Origin: Candidatus Peribacteria bacterium RIFCSPHIGHO2_02_FULL_53_20
Lineage (GTDB): Bacteria > Patescibacteriota > Gracilibacteria > Peribacterales > Peribacteraceae
Direction: 5' to 3'
Assembly: GCA_001787585.1 (NCBI GenBank)
Contig: MFXW01000074.1
Coordinates: forward strand, 1 to 46,053
Length of the DNA stretch: 46,053 nucleotides
Shown here one piece after another: positions 33,431 through 41,180 of this stretch. Numbering within the stretch: the first letter of the stretch is position 1; each line of letters opens with the position of its first letter. Below the pieces are notes generated by a model. The model saw only the letters and a program-made list of their open reading frames with translations. It had not been told where the DNA came from and ran no database searches. A program made the position numbers and the translations under genes.

Positions 33431-34936
33431 TTAGGAAGGAAAAAGAAGAGTAAATGTGGTGCCCTTGTTCTCCTCCGAGACAAAAAAGATGGTGCCTCCA
33501 ATCAAACGAACAATATTATAGACCATATATAAGCCAATGCCGGTTCCGGCCTCCTCGCGGCTTGCAATGTTTGAGGCACGGAAGAATTTCTCGGCGATGT
33601 TTCCCTGCTCAGCCCTAGGGATGCCGTAGCCAGTATCCGTAACATCGATACGGATCATTTCGTCTTCTGTTGTAGCACGTACGGTCACTTTCCCGTTCTT
33701 TGGCGTGTAGTTGTATGCATTATTGAGGAGGTTGCTGAGGATTTCGATGAGCAGCTGCTCGTCTGTGTGGGCGCGCAGATTCTGCGAGCCATGGATCACA
33801 AGTTCCAGTGCATGCCTCTCTCGATCTCCATCGAAGAGACGAGCGACCTTCTCGATGACCAACCGTACGTCCACTTGTGACCTTTTCTCCTCTATGCCGC
33901 CCATTTCGATGCGAGAGATCATCAGCATCTTATTGATGGTCGCAGCCATTTGTACGGCTGCTTCATGGGCACCGTTCACCAGATGGATTTGCTCTTTTGG
34001 AAGATGTTCTCTCTTGAGACTCGAGAGAGCCCATCGGATGGATGTGAGTGGTGTGCGCAGCTGGTGGCTGGCCAGAGACACGAATTCTGTTTTCGCTTTG
34101 TCAATATTTTTTTCTTTGGTGATATCGCGAAATGTTTCGACGATGCCGATAATTTCCCTTTCCAGAACAATGGGTGTCACGATACTGCTTGCAGGAAACC
34201 GGCTTTTATCTTTGCGGATATAATAAAAAGGTTGCGTCACGTCCGCGATCACTTTTTCTCCAGAGAGCACTTGAGACAAAATTCTCTCTTTCAGAAGCAC
34301 AACATTGCCTTTTTCATCTTCGCGGGGGACAACCTCAACCATATATTTCCCCAATACTTTTTGTGCTTTCCAGCCAACCATATCTTCAAACGTTTTGTTG
34401 ACGTATGTTATTTTTCCTTCTTTATCTGCGACAACGATTCCATCCCCAATACTTGCCAATATCGCCTCGCCTTTTACCCTGGCTTGCTCCAGATCTTTGG
34501 TGCGTTCCAGCACCTTCTTTTCAAGTGTTAAGCGCGATAGTTTGAGTTCCTTTGCCGTTATGACCAGCTTGCGTCTGATACTTTCCTTTTCCTTGGCGGT
34601 CACCGCGAGGTTTTGGGCTTTCCGTTTGAGCTCCTTTGCCGTTACTACCAGTTTGCGCTTGGTATTTTCCTTTTCCTTGGCAGTCACGGCGAGCTCAGCA
34701 GCTTTGATGCGGAGTTTTTCTGCCGTCACTACAAGCTTGCGCCGGACATCTTCCTTTTCCCTTGCGGTCACCGCGAGGTTTTTGGCTTTTCGTTTGAGTT
34801 CCTTTGCCGTTACCAGGAGCTTCCGCCGGACATCCTCCTTTTCCCTGGCAGTCACGGCGAGCTCAGCAGCTTTGATGCGAAGTTTTTTCGCCGTTACCGC
34901 GAGCTTGCGTCGGACACTTTCCGTTTTCCTGGCCAA
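33431..34936 (-). CDS. Soluble sensor histidine kinase (repeat coiled coil - PAS - HisKA - HATPase_c)
   Basis: PAS-like ILASIGDGIVVADKEGKITYVNKTFEDMVGW, H-box FVSLASHQLRTPLTSI, N-box LLNNAYNYTP, G-boxes DTGYGIP and GTGIGLYMV. No TM segment. Confidence 0.88.
   Translation of the reverse strand: MARKTESVRRKLAVTAKKLRIKAAELAVTAREKEDVRRKLLVTAKELKRKAKNLAVTAREKEDVRRKLVVTAEKLRIKAAELAVTAKEKENTKRKLVVTAKELKRKAQNLAVTAKEKESIRRKLVITAKELKLSRLTLEKKVLERTKDLEQARVKGEAILASIGDGIVVADKEGKITYVNKTFEDMVGWKAQKVLGKYMVEVVPREDEKGNVVLLKERILSQVLSGEKVIADVTQPFYYIRKDKSRFPASSIVTPIVLEREIIGIVETFRDITKEKNIDKAKTEFVSLASHQLRTPLTSIRWALSSLKREHLPKEQIHLVNGAHEAAVQMAATINKMLMISRIEMGGIEEKRSQVDVRLVIEKVARLFDGDRERHALELVIHGSQNLRAHTDEQLLIEILSNLLNNAYNYTPKNGKVTVRATTEDEMIRIDVTDTGYGIPRAEQGNIAEKFFRASNIASREEAGTGIGLYMVYNIVRLIGGTIFFVSEENKGTTFTLLFPS
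34547..34921. repeat. About 4.5 tandem copies of an 84-bp (28-codon) unit, organised as a 168-bp super-repeat, inside the kinase 5-prime region
   Basis: Protein units are ExxRRKLxVTAKxLxxKAxxLAVTAxEK. ggcagtcacggcgagctcagcagctttgatgcg recurs exactly 168 nt apart (about 34680 and 34848). Confidence 0.85.
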
Positions 34937-35107
34937 AACCTTCAGCTTGAGGGCTATGGCATCGGGCGCGGAAATACTTGTTGTATGGATGATCGGAATG
35001 CGGGAGAAGGATGGGGCTGGGGGACTCTTCTCTATGACGTTTGCCTCTCGCCTCTATTACAGCTCCTGAGGATAGAGGAGTTGGCATCCAGATGATAGAG
35101 AATACTG

Positions 35108-35368
35108 CTATCCCTTCGTCGGGTGTCTTCCTTGCGCAAGATTTTCCTTTTTCATTCTATTCCACGGTTTCACTTGCGCTTCTCGTCTACGAGCTTCGAG
35201 ATGTGTTGGAAATTTTTCGAAGTATACAATGCGAACAGGTCTTCGATGTTGTGTGTAGGCAGCACCTTTTCCTTCATTATGCCGTGCTTCTCGTGCCCTT
35301 AGATCGTTACACGATCCTGTGTAGAGTGAACCGTCCGAACAACGTGCAAGGTAAAAATAAAAGGGCAT
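35108..35368 (-). CDS. GIY-YIG nuclease family protein (UPF0213/YhbQ-like, 86 aa)
   Basis: FYFYLARCSDGSLYTGSCNDLRAREARHNEGKGAAYT..RPVRIVYFEKF carries the GIY...YIG-type motifs (YFY..LYTG) and the conserved Arg/Glu context. Confidence 0.8.
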   Translation of the reverse strand: MPFYFYLARCSDGSLYTGSCNDLRAREARHNEGKGAAYTQHRRPVRIVYFEKFPTHLEARRREAQVKPWNRMKKENLAQGRHPTKG

Positions 35369-35493
35369 AGTCTGGAAGTATAGCCCATCGGCTCACTCGC
35401 TACGCTCGTTTGCTCGGGGCACTCGCCTCGCGTGTACGTTGGCCGAAGGCCACGAGCGATCCTGAGTTCCCGCAGGAACGAGGGCGAGTCGAG

Positions 35494-35568
35494 TGGCAGC
35501 CCCACAGAGAGTCGAACTCTGGTTAACGGATTGAAAACCCGCTGTCCTAACCGTTAGACGATGGGGCC
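35494..35568 (-). tRNA. tRNA-Glu: tRNA-Glu (anticodon UUC), CCA encoded
   Basis: Minus strand: GGCCCCA TC GTCT AACGGTTA GGAC A GCGGG TTTTCAA TCCGT TAAC CAGAG TTCGACT CTCTG TGGGGCT G CCA. Hand-folded cloverleaf; 7-nt anticodon loop with U33 and A37; TTCGA T-loop. Confidence 0.9.
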
Positions 35569-35663
35569 GTAGAATGTTCAAAAAGATCGCTGCGGCAGTA
35601 TAGCAATGCGGCAAGGGTGTTGCAGCTTTTTCTCGGATTTGCCGTGGCGACGAGATTCTGTGA

Positions 35664-36239
35664 TCAGTGACCAAGCACTTTCTCAATTCTGCGATCAGGA
35701 ATGAGCCATATAATGGCTACGAGTGCGTACAGACTCAGGGAGATCCACTGATGGACAGCCGCGAGCGCAACGGCAAGCACATAGATCAGGAGGGAAATCT
35801 TCCCTTTCTTGTCACGTCCGATGGCTTTCCGCAGGAGATGGTTGGCATCACCGTGTGCGGTGATGGCCATGACCAGAAAGGAATAGCCGAGCGCGGCGAG
35901 CAGGAGAATCAAGCCATACAACGCGGTTGGGATCATGGCGAAGTGTGTCTCGGCCATCCATGCCGTCGTGAACGGTACGAGTGAAAGCCAGAAGAGGAGA
36001 TGCATGTTCGCCCAGAGAATGCGCCCATCCACGTGATCGGTCACCTGCATCAGATGGTGATGATTGTTCCAGTAGATTGCGAGGTATACGAAGCTCAGTA
36101 TGTACGCGAGAAAGAGCGGTAAGATCGGCACTAATGCTGCAAGATCATTTCCCTGAGGAATATTGAACTCCAGCACCATGATGGTGATGAGGATGGCAAT
36201 GACGCCGTCGCTGAATGCCTCCATGCGAGTACTCTTCAT
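35664..36239 (-). CDS. TMEM175-family (DUF1211) potassium channel
   Basis: MKSTRMEAFSDGVIAILITIMVLE carries the R.EAFSDGV.AI..T.+VLE signature, with 6 predicted helices. The upstream extension of track ORF 35664..36710 overlaps the next gene and is Arg/Gly junk. Confidence 0.85.
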   Translation of the reverse strand: MKSTRMEAFSDGVIAILITIMVLEFNIPQGNDLAALVPILPLFLAYILSFVYLAIYWNNHHHLMQVTDHVDGRILWANMHLLFWLSLVPFTTAWMAETHFAMIPTALYGLILLLAALGYSFLVMAITAHGDANHLLRKAIGRDKKGKISLLIYVLAVALAAVHQWISLSLYALVAIIWLIPDRRIEKVLGH

Positions 36240-36295
36240 GGAAAAATTGTACCATCTCCATAGTTTAAAAGTAGCGCCGATGAACGCACTCCACC

Positions 36296-36976
36296 CTATG
36301 CTTTCTCCTTTGTCTCTTCCTCCGTCTTCTCCCGCACGTCCTCTATTTTCTGCGCCTGATCCTGCGGCCCCTGATCGACCGGGACGCGTTGTTTTTTGAG
36401 CACGATGGCGTTCTCGATGACGCCCGCGACGACGGAGGGACGAGGGAGGTAATCGACAATGACCTCCTGACTGGAGCCCAATTCTTTTTTCTGCTCGAGC
36501 GTCAGTTGGATGGTGCCGCAGTTGCCGATGCCGAAAAACTGCGATTCGCTCCGGGTACTGATGATATTCTCGAGATGCAACGGGAAAATGTCCTGATAGA
36601 AAAACGAGCGATGCTTGATGACGACAACTTTCTCTGTCGTCACCACGAGAAAATGGTATCGCCAATGGATGACCGTGGCGGCGATCTGGTAGAGGAAGAA
36701 GAGGAGCCATGCGAGTAGGAAGAGCGATGCGAGAGGCGCTGCGACGATTCCCGTCGCGATCGCGGCGATGCCGGCACTCAGGAGGAATATCGTCAGGAGC
36801 GAACTCCAGAATATCGGTATCAGGAACGCGAAGATGTGCCGTGTGGTGCTGAGGAGCTCTTCTTCCCCCTCTGCCAGGAACTGCTTCTTGAGTTTTCCCA
36901 GGTTTGTCTCGAGCGCGAGGATATGCATAGGATGAATTGTACCGCTTTCCCGAAAAATTATCCTGAGAAACTTCAT
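36296..36976 (-). CDS. Membrane protein with a bacterial PH (YdbS/YdbT-like) domain
   Basis: Two TM helices followed by HWRYHFLVVTTEKVVVIKHRSFFYQDIFPLHLENIIS...GTIQL (bPH_2-like). The start could be the internal MHILALE. Confidence 0.6.
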   Translation of the reverse strand: MKFLRIIFRESGTIHPMHILALETNLGKLKKQFLAEGEEELLSTTRHIFAFLIPIFWSSLLTIFLLSAGIAAIATGIVAAPLASLFLLAWLLFFLYQIAATVIHWRYHFLVVTTEKVVVIKHRSFFYQDIFPLHLENIISTRSESQFFGIGNCGTIQLTLEQKKELGSSQEVIVDYLPRPSVVAGVIENAIVLKKQRVPVDQGPQDQAQKIEDVREKTEEETKEKA

Positions 36977-37029
36977 TGTGCAGGCTATCTATACCCTGCG
37001 CATTCGTGCTACGATCACTCGTCTTTTAG

Positions 37030-37305
<276 letters not shown>

Positions 37306-37345
37306 TCGCTATCAGAGAGCATCAAGCGCCATTTGAATTGGGATG

Positions 37346-37369
37346 CCTGCCTGTCGCAAGACGGGTAGG
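37346..37369 (+). terminator. Hairpin after the csp gene
   Basis: cctgcctgtc-gcaa-gacgggtagg: 10-bp stem with two G-U pairs and a GNRA-type loop. The T tract is weak. Confidence 0.35.
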
Positions 37370-37413
37370 CTTTCCCCGTACTCACCGATCTCGCCCTCGT
37401 CGGCATCGTCCTG

Positions 37414-37911
37414 ATGACCGCTCTCATTGCGGTTACCTTCATCGCGCACCTCTGGGTGCCGGTGGTCTACATTCCGACTCCCCATGCAGTGGTGAAAGAG
37501 ATGGTTGCTCTCGCACACCTCCGGCCAGGCGATTGCGTCTACGATCTCGGAGCAGGGGATGCGAGATTATTGATTGCCGCAAAGCGCGCAGAATCAAGAA
37601 TTTCGGCTATCGGCTGCGAACTGATTCCCACCGTGTGGGTGTTCGGGCGACTTTGTATCTGGAAATCCCGGCAGCAGGTGACGCTGCGTTTCCAAAATAT
37701 TCTTCGCTGTGATCTCCGCGATGCCGACTGTGTGTTTCTGTATCTCATTCCGAGTCTGATGGAGAAGCTCAAAGAAAAATTCGACAAGGAACTCCGTCCC
37801 GGCACTCGCGTCGTTGCCTATGTCTTTCGCATTCCCGGAAAGCAGCCGGAGAAGGAAGTGAAAGTGCCGTGGATGGGAGGAGAGAGGGCGGTACGGGTGT
37901 ATCGGTGGTGA
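37414..37911 (+). CDS. Class I SAM-dependent methyltransferase (small, N-terminal hydrophobic segment)
   Basis: VYDLGAGDARLL (motif I, GxGxG) and DADCVFLYLIP (motif II-like). Confidence 0.7.
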   Translation: MTALIAVTFIAHLWVPVVYIPTPHAVVKEMVALAHLRPGDCVYDLGAGDARLLIAAKRAESRISAIGCELIPTVWVFGRLCIWKSRQQVTLRFQNILRCDLRDADCVFLYLIPSLMEKLKEKFDKELRPGTRVVAYVFRIPGKQPEKEVKVPWMGGERAVRVYRW

Positions 37912-38070
37912 TTCCCCCATCCCCCGACCCCTTCCCCCACAGGGGAAGGGGAGCTCTGTTACACGAGTGAATAAGTATGATATTTCCTTGTGGCATGCAA
38001 ACAAAACACAAACATCCCCCTCCTCCCGTGGAGGAGGGGTTAGGGGTGGGGGAGATACGAGGGATAGGGG
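37912..38070. repeat. G/C-tract composite palindromic element, copy B (full length)
   Basis: ttcccccatcccccgaccccttcccccacaggggaaggggagctctgtt, ~55-nt spacer, atccccctcctcccgtggaggaggggttaggggtgggggag.. It fills the gap between the convergent methyltransferase and comEC genes. Confidence 0.9.
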
Positions 38071-38076
38071 ACGTTT

Positions 38077-39486
38077 TTACAACCCCACCACCGCATATGG
38101 CACTTTCGCCAAAATCCTCGCCGTTTCCGTTATCCATTCCGCCGCTCCGTATCCCGCGAACCCTACAAGTTGTCCCAAAGGAAACCAAACAACACTCATC
38201 ATCGTTCCGAGAAATCCCAGAAGCATCGCAATCGGAACCATCGGCGCCGCGAGGATATTGCTTAAAGGCGCGATCAGCGACACTTGACCGAAAGTGAGGA
38301 TACTCACGGGAAGCGTCGTGATTTGTGCCGCGAGCGTTGCCGCGAGACTGTCTCTTAAGCCCAGGGTTTCCGGAACTTTTGCAAATGCCCGTTGTAATCG
38401 TGGGCCGATTTCGGTTACGCCAATCACTGCAGCGAAGGAAAGTTGAAACCCTGCATCCCACCAGAGTTGTTCGGGTTTGAAGAGCGTCATGAAAAATGCC
38501 GTCCAGAGAATTGCGAGACGCGTGTCGCGGATGCGCCCGAGTTGTAAGGCGAGTACTCCGAGGATGCCCATTACGCCTGCGCGCACGACAGATGCCGAGG
38601 CTCCGACGAAGAGCGTGAAGAGGATGATTGCTATGATCTGAGGAAAAAACCGCCACTTGAGCGGGAGCCAGAAGAGGAGTCCTCCGAGGATTCCTATGAT
38701 GATCGTGACGTTCGTTCCCGAGATCGCCACAAGATGTGTGAGGCCGGTCGCAGCGAAGTCATCGAGCAGTCTCTTCGAAAATCCGCGGCGTTCGCCGGTG
38801 AGGAGCCCGGTGATCAATGCGGCTTCGGGTTCGGGGAAGAGGCGATTGATGCGGGATTCGAACCAGAGGCGGGTGGATTGGAGAGTGCGGCGGAGATGGA
38901 TGGTAGGGCGTAGGGCATTGGGCGTAGGGGCAGATGTGATTTTTGCACGTTTAAGAATCATTGTTATTCCCTGAAGTCGCAAGTAATGCGTGTAGTTGAA
39001 GTCTTCTGAATTTTTTGGAAGCTCCAGCATTCCTTCAGCGCGTATCTGATCGCCGATTCTATACTCGGGCCAGCCGCCGAAGTCTTCGATGAGGACGGAG
39101 CCGGTGACAGGGATCAGCGTTCCGGATTGATCAATGAGGTTGACTGCTAGCGGGTAGAGAGCGGATGGGGGTTTGCCGGCGGGGTCGCCTGTGACGGTGC
39201 CGAGGAGGGTGATTTTTTGGGAGGCGTAGGAGGGGATGGTTTGGGATTGGAGGCTTCGCGTTGCATGAGCGACAGTCCAAAGCGCGAGGGCGATGCTGAG
39301 AGATATCGTGAACATCATTGTGATTGGCTTGTTGTGTTTGATGGCGCCGAGGAGACCAAGGAAACCAAGGAGACCGAGGAACGTCCATATCCATATCGGG
39401 TACGCGGGCAGCTGCCACCACTGCAGGAGGAATGTTGCGAACAGAAATGTGCCGATGAAGAAAGAGGCGATGCGGGAGGGGCGCAC
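38077..39486 (-). CDS. comEC: ComEC/Rec2-family DNA internalisation channel (no metallo-beta-lactamase domain)
   Basis: ALITGLLTGERRGFSKRLLDDFAATGLTHLVAISGTNVTIIIGIL is the competence-domain signature. GTG start lies 3 nt after the rsmA stop. Confidence 0.85.
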   Translation of the reverse strand: MRPSRIASFFIGTFLFATFLLQWWQLPAYPIWIWTFLGLLGFLGLLGAIKHNKPITMMFTISLSIALALWTVAHATRSLQSQTIPSYASQKITLLGTVTGDPAGKPPSALYPLAVNLIDQSGTLIPVTGSVLIEDFGGWPEYRIGDQIRAEGMLELPKNSEDFNYTHYLRLQGITMILKRAKITSAPTPNALRPTIHLRRTLQSTRLWFESRINRLFPEPEAALITGLLTGERRGFSKRLLDDFAATGLTHLVAISGTNVTIIIGILGGLLFWLPLKWRFFPQIIAIILFTLFVGASASVVRAGVMGILGVLALQLGRIRDTRLAILWTAFFMTLFKPEQLWWDAGFQLSFAAVIGVTEIGPRLQRAFAKVPETLGLRDSLAATLAAQITTLPVSILTFGQVSLIAPLSNILAAPMVPIAMLLGFLGTMMSVVWFPLGQLVGFAGYGAAEWITETARILAKVPYAVVGL

Positions 39487-39489
39487 CTT

Positions 39490-40302
39490 TTAATTCTTTT
39501 CCTTCATCTTCGCCAGCGCGATCCACTCCTTCACACTTAAAGTCTGTGGTCTTCGTTTTTCGTCTATCTGTAGCGAAGAAAGACGTTCCATGAGCTCAGG
39601 GAACGGACCGAAGGTATTCCGGAGCATTTTGCGTTTCTGGCTGAAAGCGATCTTCACCAGGCGGAATACTTCTTCGATGGTCACAAGATTAGCCAAGGGT
39701 TTTTCAAAGCACTGGATTTGGAGCACTGCGGAGTCTACGGCTGGTGGTGGAAGGAAACATTGAGGAGAAACTGTGCGAACGATCTTCGGTGTTCCAAAAA
39801 GTCCGACGAGAATCGTGAGAAGTCCGCGGTCTTCTTTGTCGCAAATCTTTTCTGCGACTTCGCGTTGAATGAGGAGCGTCAATGACTTCGGATGCACGAT
39901 TGATTCCAGGAATACATGACGCAGAAGAGGGGAGGTGATGTGGTAGGGAATGTTGGCGACGATGCGGTACTCCTCTGAGGGCATTGGAGTGTGGAGGGCG
40001 TTGCCTTGGATAATGACGAGCTTCTCAGCTTCTTGGCTGCTCAGCTTCTCAGAAGTAAATGTTTTGAGTAAGGGAATCATGCGGTCATCGAGTTCTATTG
40101 CTGTGACGTGGTTTGCGCGTTTCAGAAGTTCTACCGTGAGCACGCCGATACCCGGACCAATTTCAACGATGCGGTCTGGGGGTTCGATACCCGCTGCTTC
40201 GATGATGCTTTGAAGCACGTCCGCATCAATAAGAAAATGTTGCCCGAGATCGGTATTGAGGCGGATGCCGCAGAGCCGGAGAAATGAAGCGACTTCAGAC
40301 AT
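39490..40302 (-). CDS. rsmA: 16S rRNA (adenine1518/1519-N6)-dimethyltransferase
   Basis: LGQHFLID, VEIGPGIGVLT, ANIPYHITSPLL. Confidence 0.92.
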   Translation of the reverse strand: MSEVASFLRLCGIRLNTDLGQHFLIDADVLQSIIEAAGIEPPDRIVEIGPGIGVLTVELLKRANHVTAIELDDRMIPLLKTFTSEKLSSQEAEKLVIIQGNALHTPMPSEEYRIVANIPYHITSPLLRHVFLESIVHPKSLTLLIQREVAEKICDKEDRGLLTILVGLFGTPKIVRTVSPQCFLPPPAVDSAVLQIQCFEKPLANLVTIEEVFRLVKIAFSQKRKMLRNTFGPFPELMERLSSLQIDEKRRPQTLSVKEWIALAKMKEKN

Positions 40303-40315
40303 AGGAGCAGTATTC

Positions 40316-40343
40316 TTGACTTTGCCCTATTTTGCACTACGAT
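40316..40343 (+). promoter_or_regulatory. Possible sigma70-type promoter
   Basis: TTGACT (40316-40321), 16-nt spacer, TACGAT (40338-40343). Pattern match only. Confidence 0.3.
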
Positions 40344-40507
40344 CGTGACGTTCATGTCCTCTATAACTCTCAGCTACGGCGCCTTCTGGTTTACGTACTT
40401 TAGTGCGGAAGGCGTTTTGCTACGTGACTGAAAGACCAAGAATCGTCACCAAGCGCCTTCCCAGCCGGAAGGTATTTTTTTTATTCTCCTTACTTCTTCC
40501 TTTACCC

Positions 40508-40714
40508 ATGGCAGACCACGACACACTACCGGCCCCAGAGATGACAGAACATGTTCCTGAGGCTCCCGTAACTGCAGCATCCCCCGATACACCTACCGTG
40601 CATGATGCATACGTCGATGTTGTTGCGAACCCTCCTCCAGATGCATCTGCTCCTTCCCCCAACATGCCGTTGCACCGTCGCACTGCGGGAGGTGGTTGGA
40701 CAGTCTGGCATTGA
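40508..40714 (+). CDS. Hypothetical Pro/Ala-rich small protein (68 aa)
   Basis: ATG-initiated portion of track ORF 40403..40714. Low complexity, so coding status is uncertain. Confidence 0.3.
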   Translation: MADHDTLPAPEMTEHVPEAPVTAASPDTPTVHDAYVDVVANPPPDASAPSPNMPLHRRTAGGGWTVWH

Positions 40715-40749
40715 TTCTTATTTCTTTTCTTCCTTTTTCCCATTTTCCT

Positions 40750-40974
40750 ATGGTAACTCTCACAGCTGAACCCGCTACAGACAATGTCGTCACGGATCTC
40801 ACAGAAGCTTGTGCTGTGCTCTTTCCAACAGGACACTCCAAAGAGGGGATCCATATTGATGGAACTCGTTTTCACACGTCCCTGGAATTACAAGGTTTCG
40901 TTCAGCGGTTGCTGAACGACGGGCGCGATGGATTTCTCAGCAAAATGCAGATTGTCGTAGGGAATCGTCGTTAG
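40750..40974 (+). CDS. Hypothetical small protein (74 aa)
   Basis: The ATG at 40750 lies inside track ORF 40696..40974. Globular-looking composition. No family recognised. Confidence 0.4.
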   Translation: MVTLTAEPATDNVVTDLTEACAVLFPTGHSKEGIHIDGTRFHTSLELQGFVQRLLNDGRDGFLSKMQIVVGNRR

Positions 40975-41180
40975 GAGCCGTTCTCGATCCTTGCATTTAC
41001 CCAATTTCCTGATACATTAGTCTCAATGATTCTTCAGGCAACACTGCCGGTGCCCTTCACCCCGCCGCGAGCGGGAAGGTGCCTGGCTGCCTGATGATCT
41101 GATAGATATCGATACGGCAGAGGTCCTTCCCCAGTAGATCGGAAGGAAGCTTTTCCATATCCCATTTTCCCTTGTGCATT

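Noticed and set aside
36240-36710. N-terminal 157-aa extension of track ORF 35664..36710
   Set aside because: The extension is Arg/Gly/His-rich and overlaps the bPH-domain gene (36296-36976) in another frame. The TMEM175 signature begins right at the internal Met (MKSTRMEAFSDGV), so the gene is called as 35664-36239.
40420-40875. 151-aa minus-strand ORF in the rsmA upstream region
   Set aside because: It has Cys/Ser/Gly-rich low-complexity translation, no start context, and overlaps two plus-strand small ORFs. None of the three is strongly supported, and the minus-strand one is the least protein-like.
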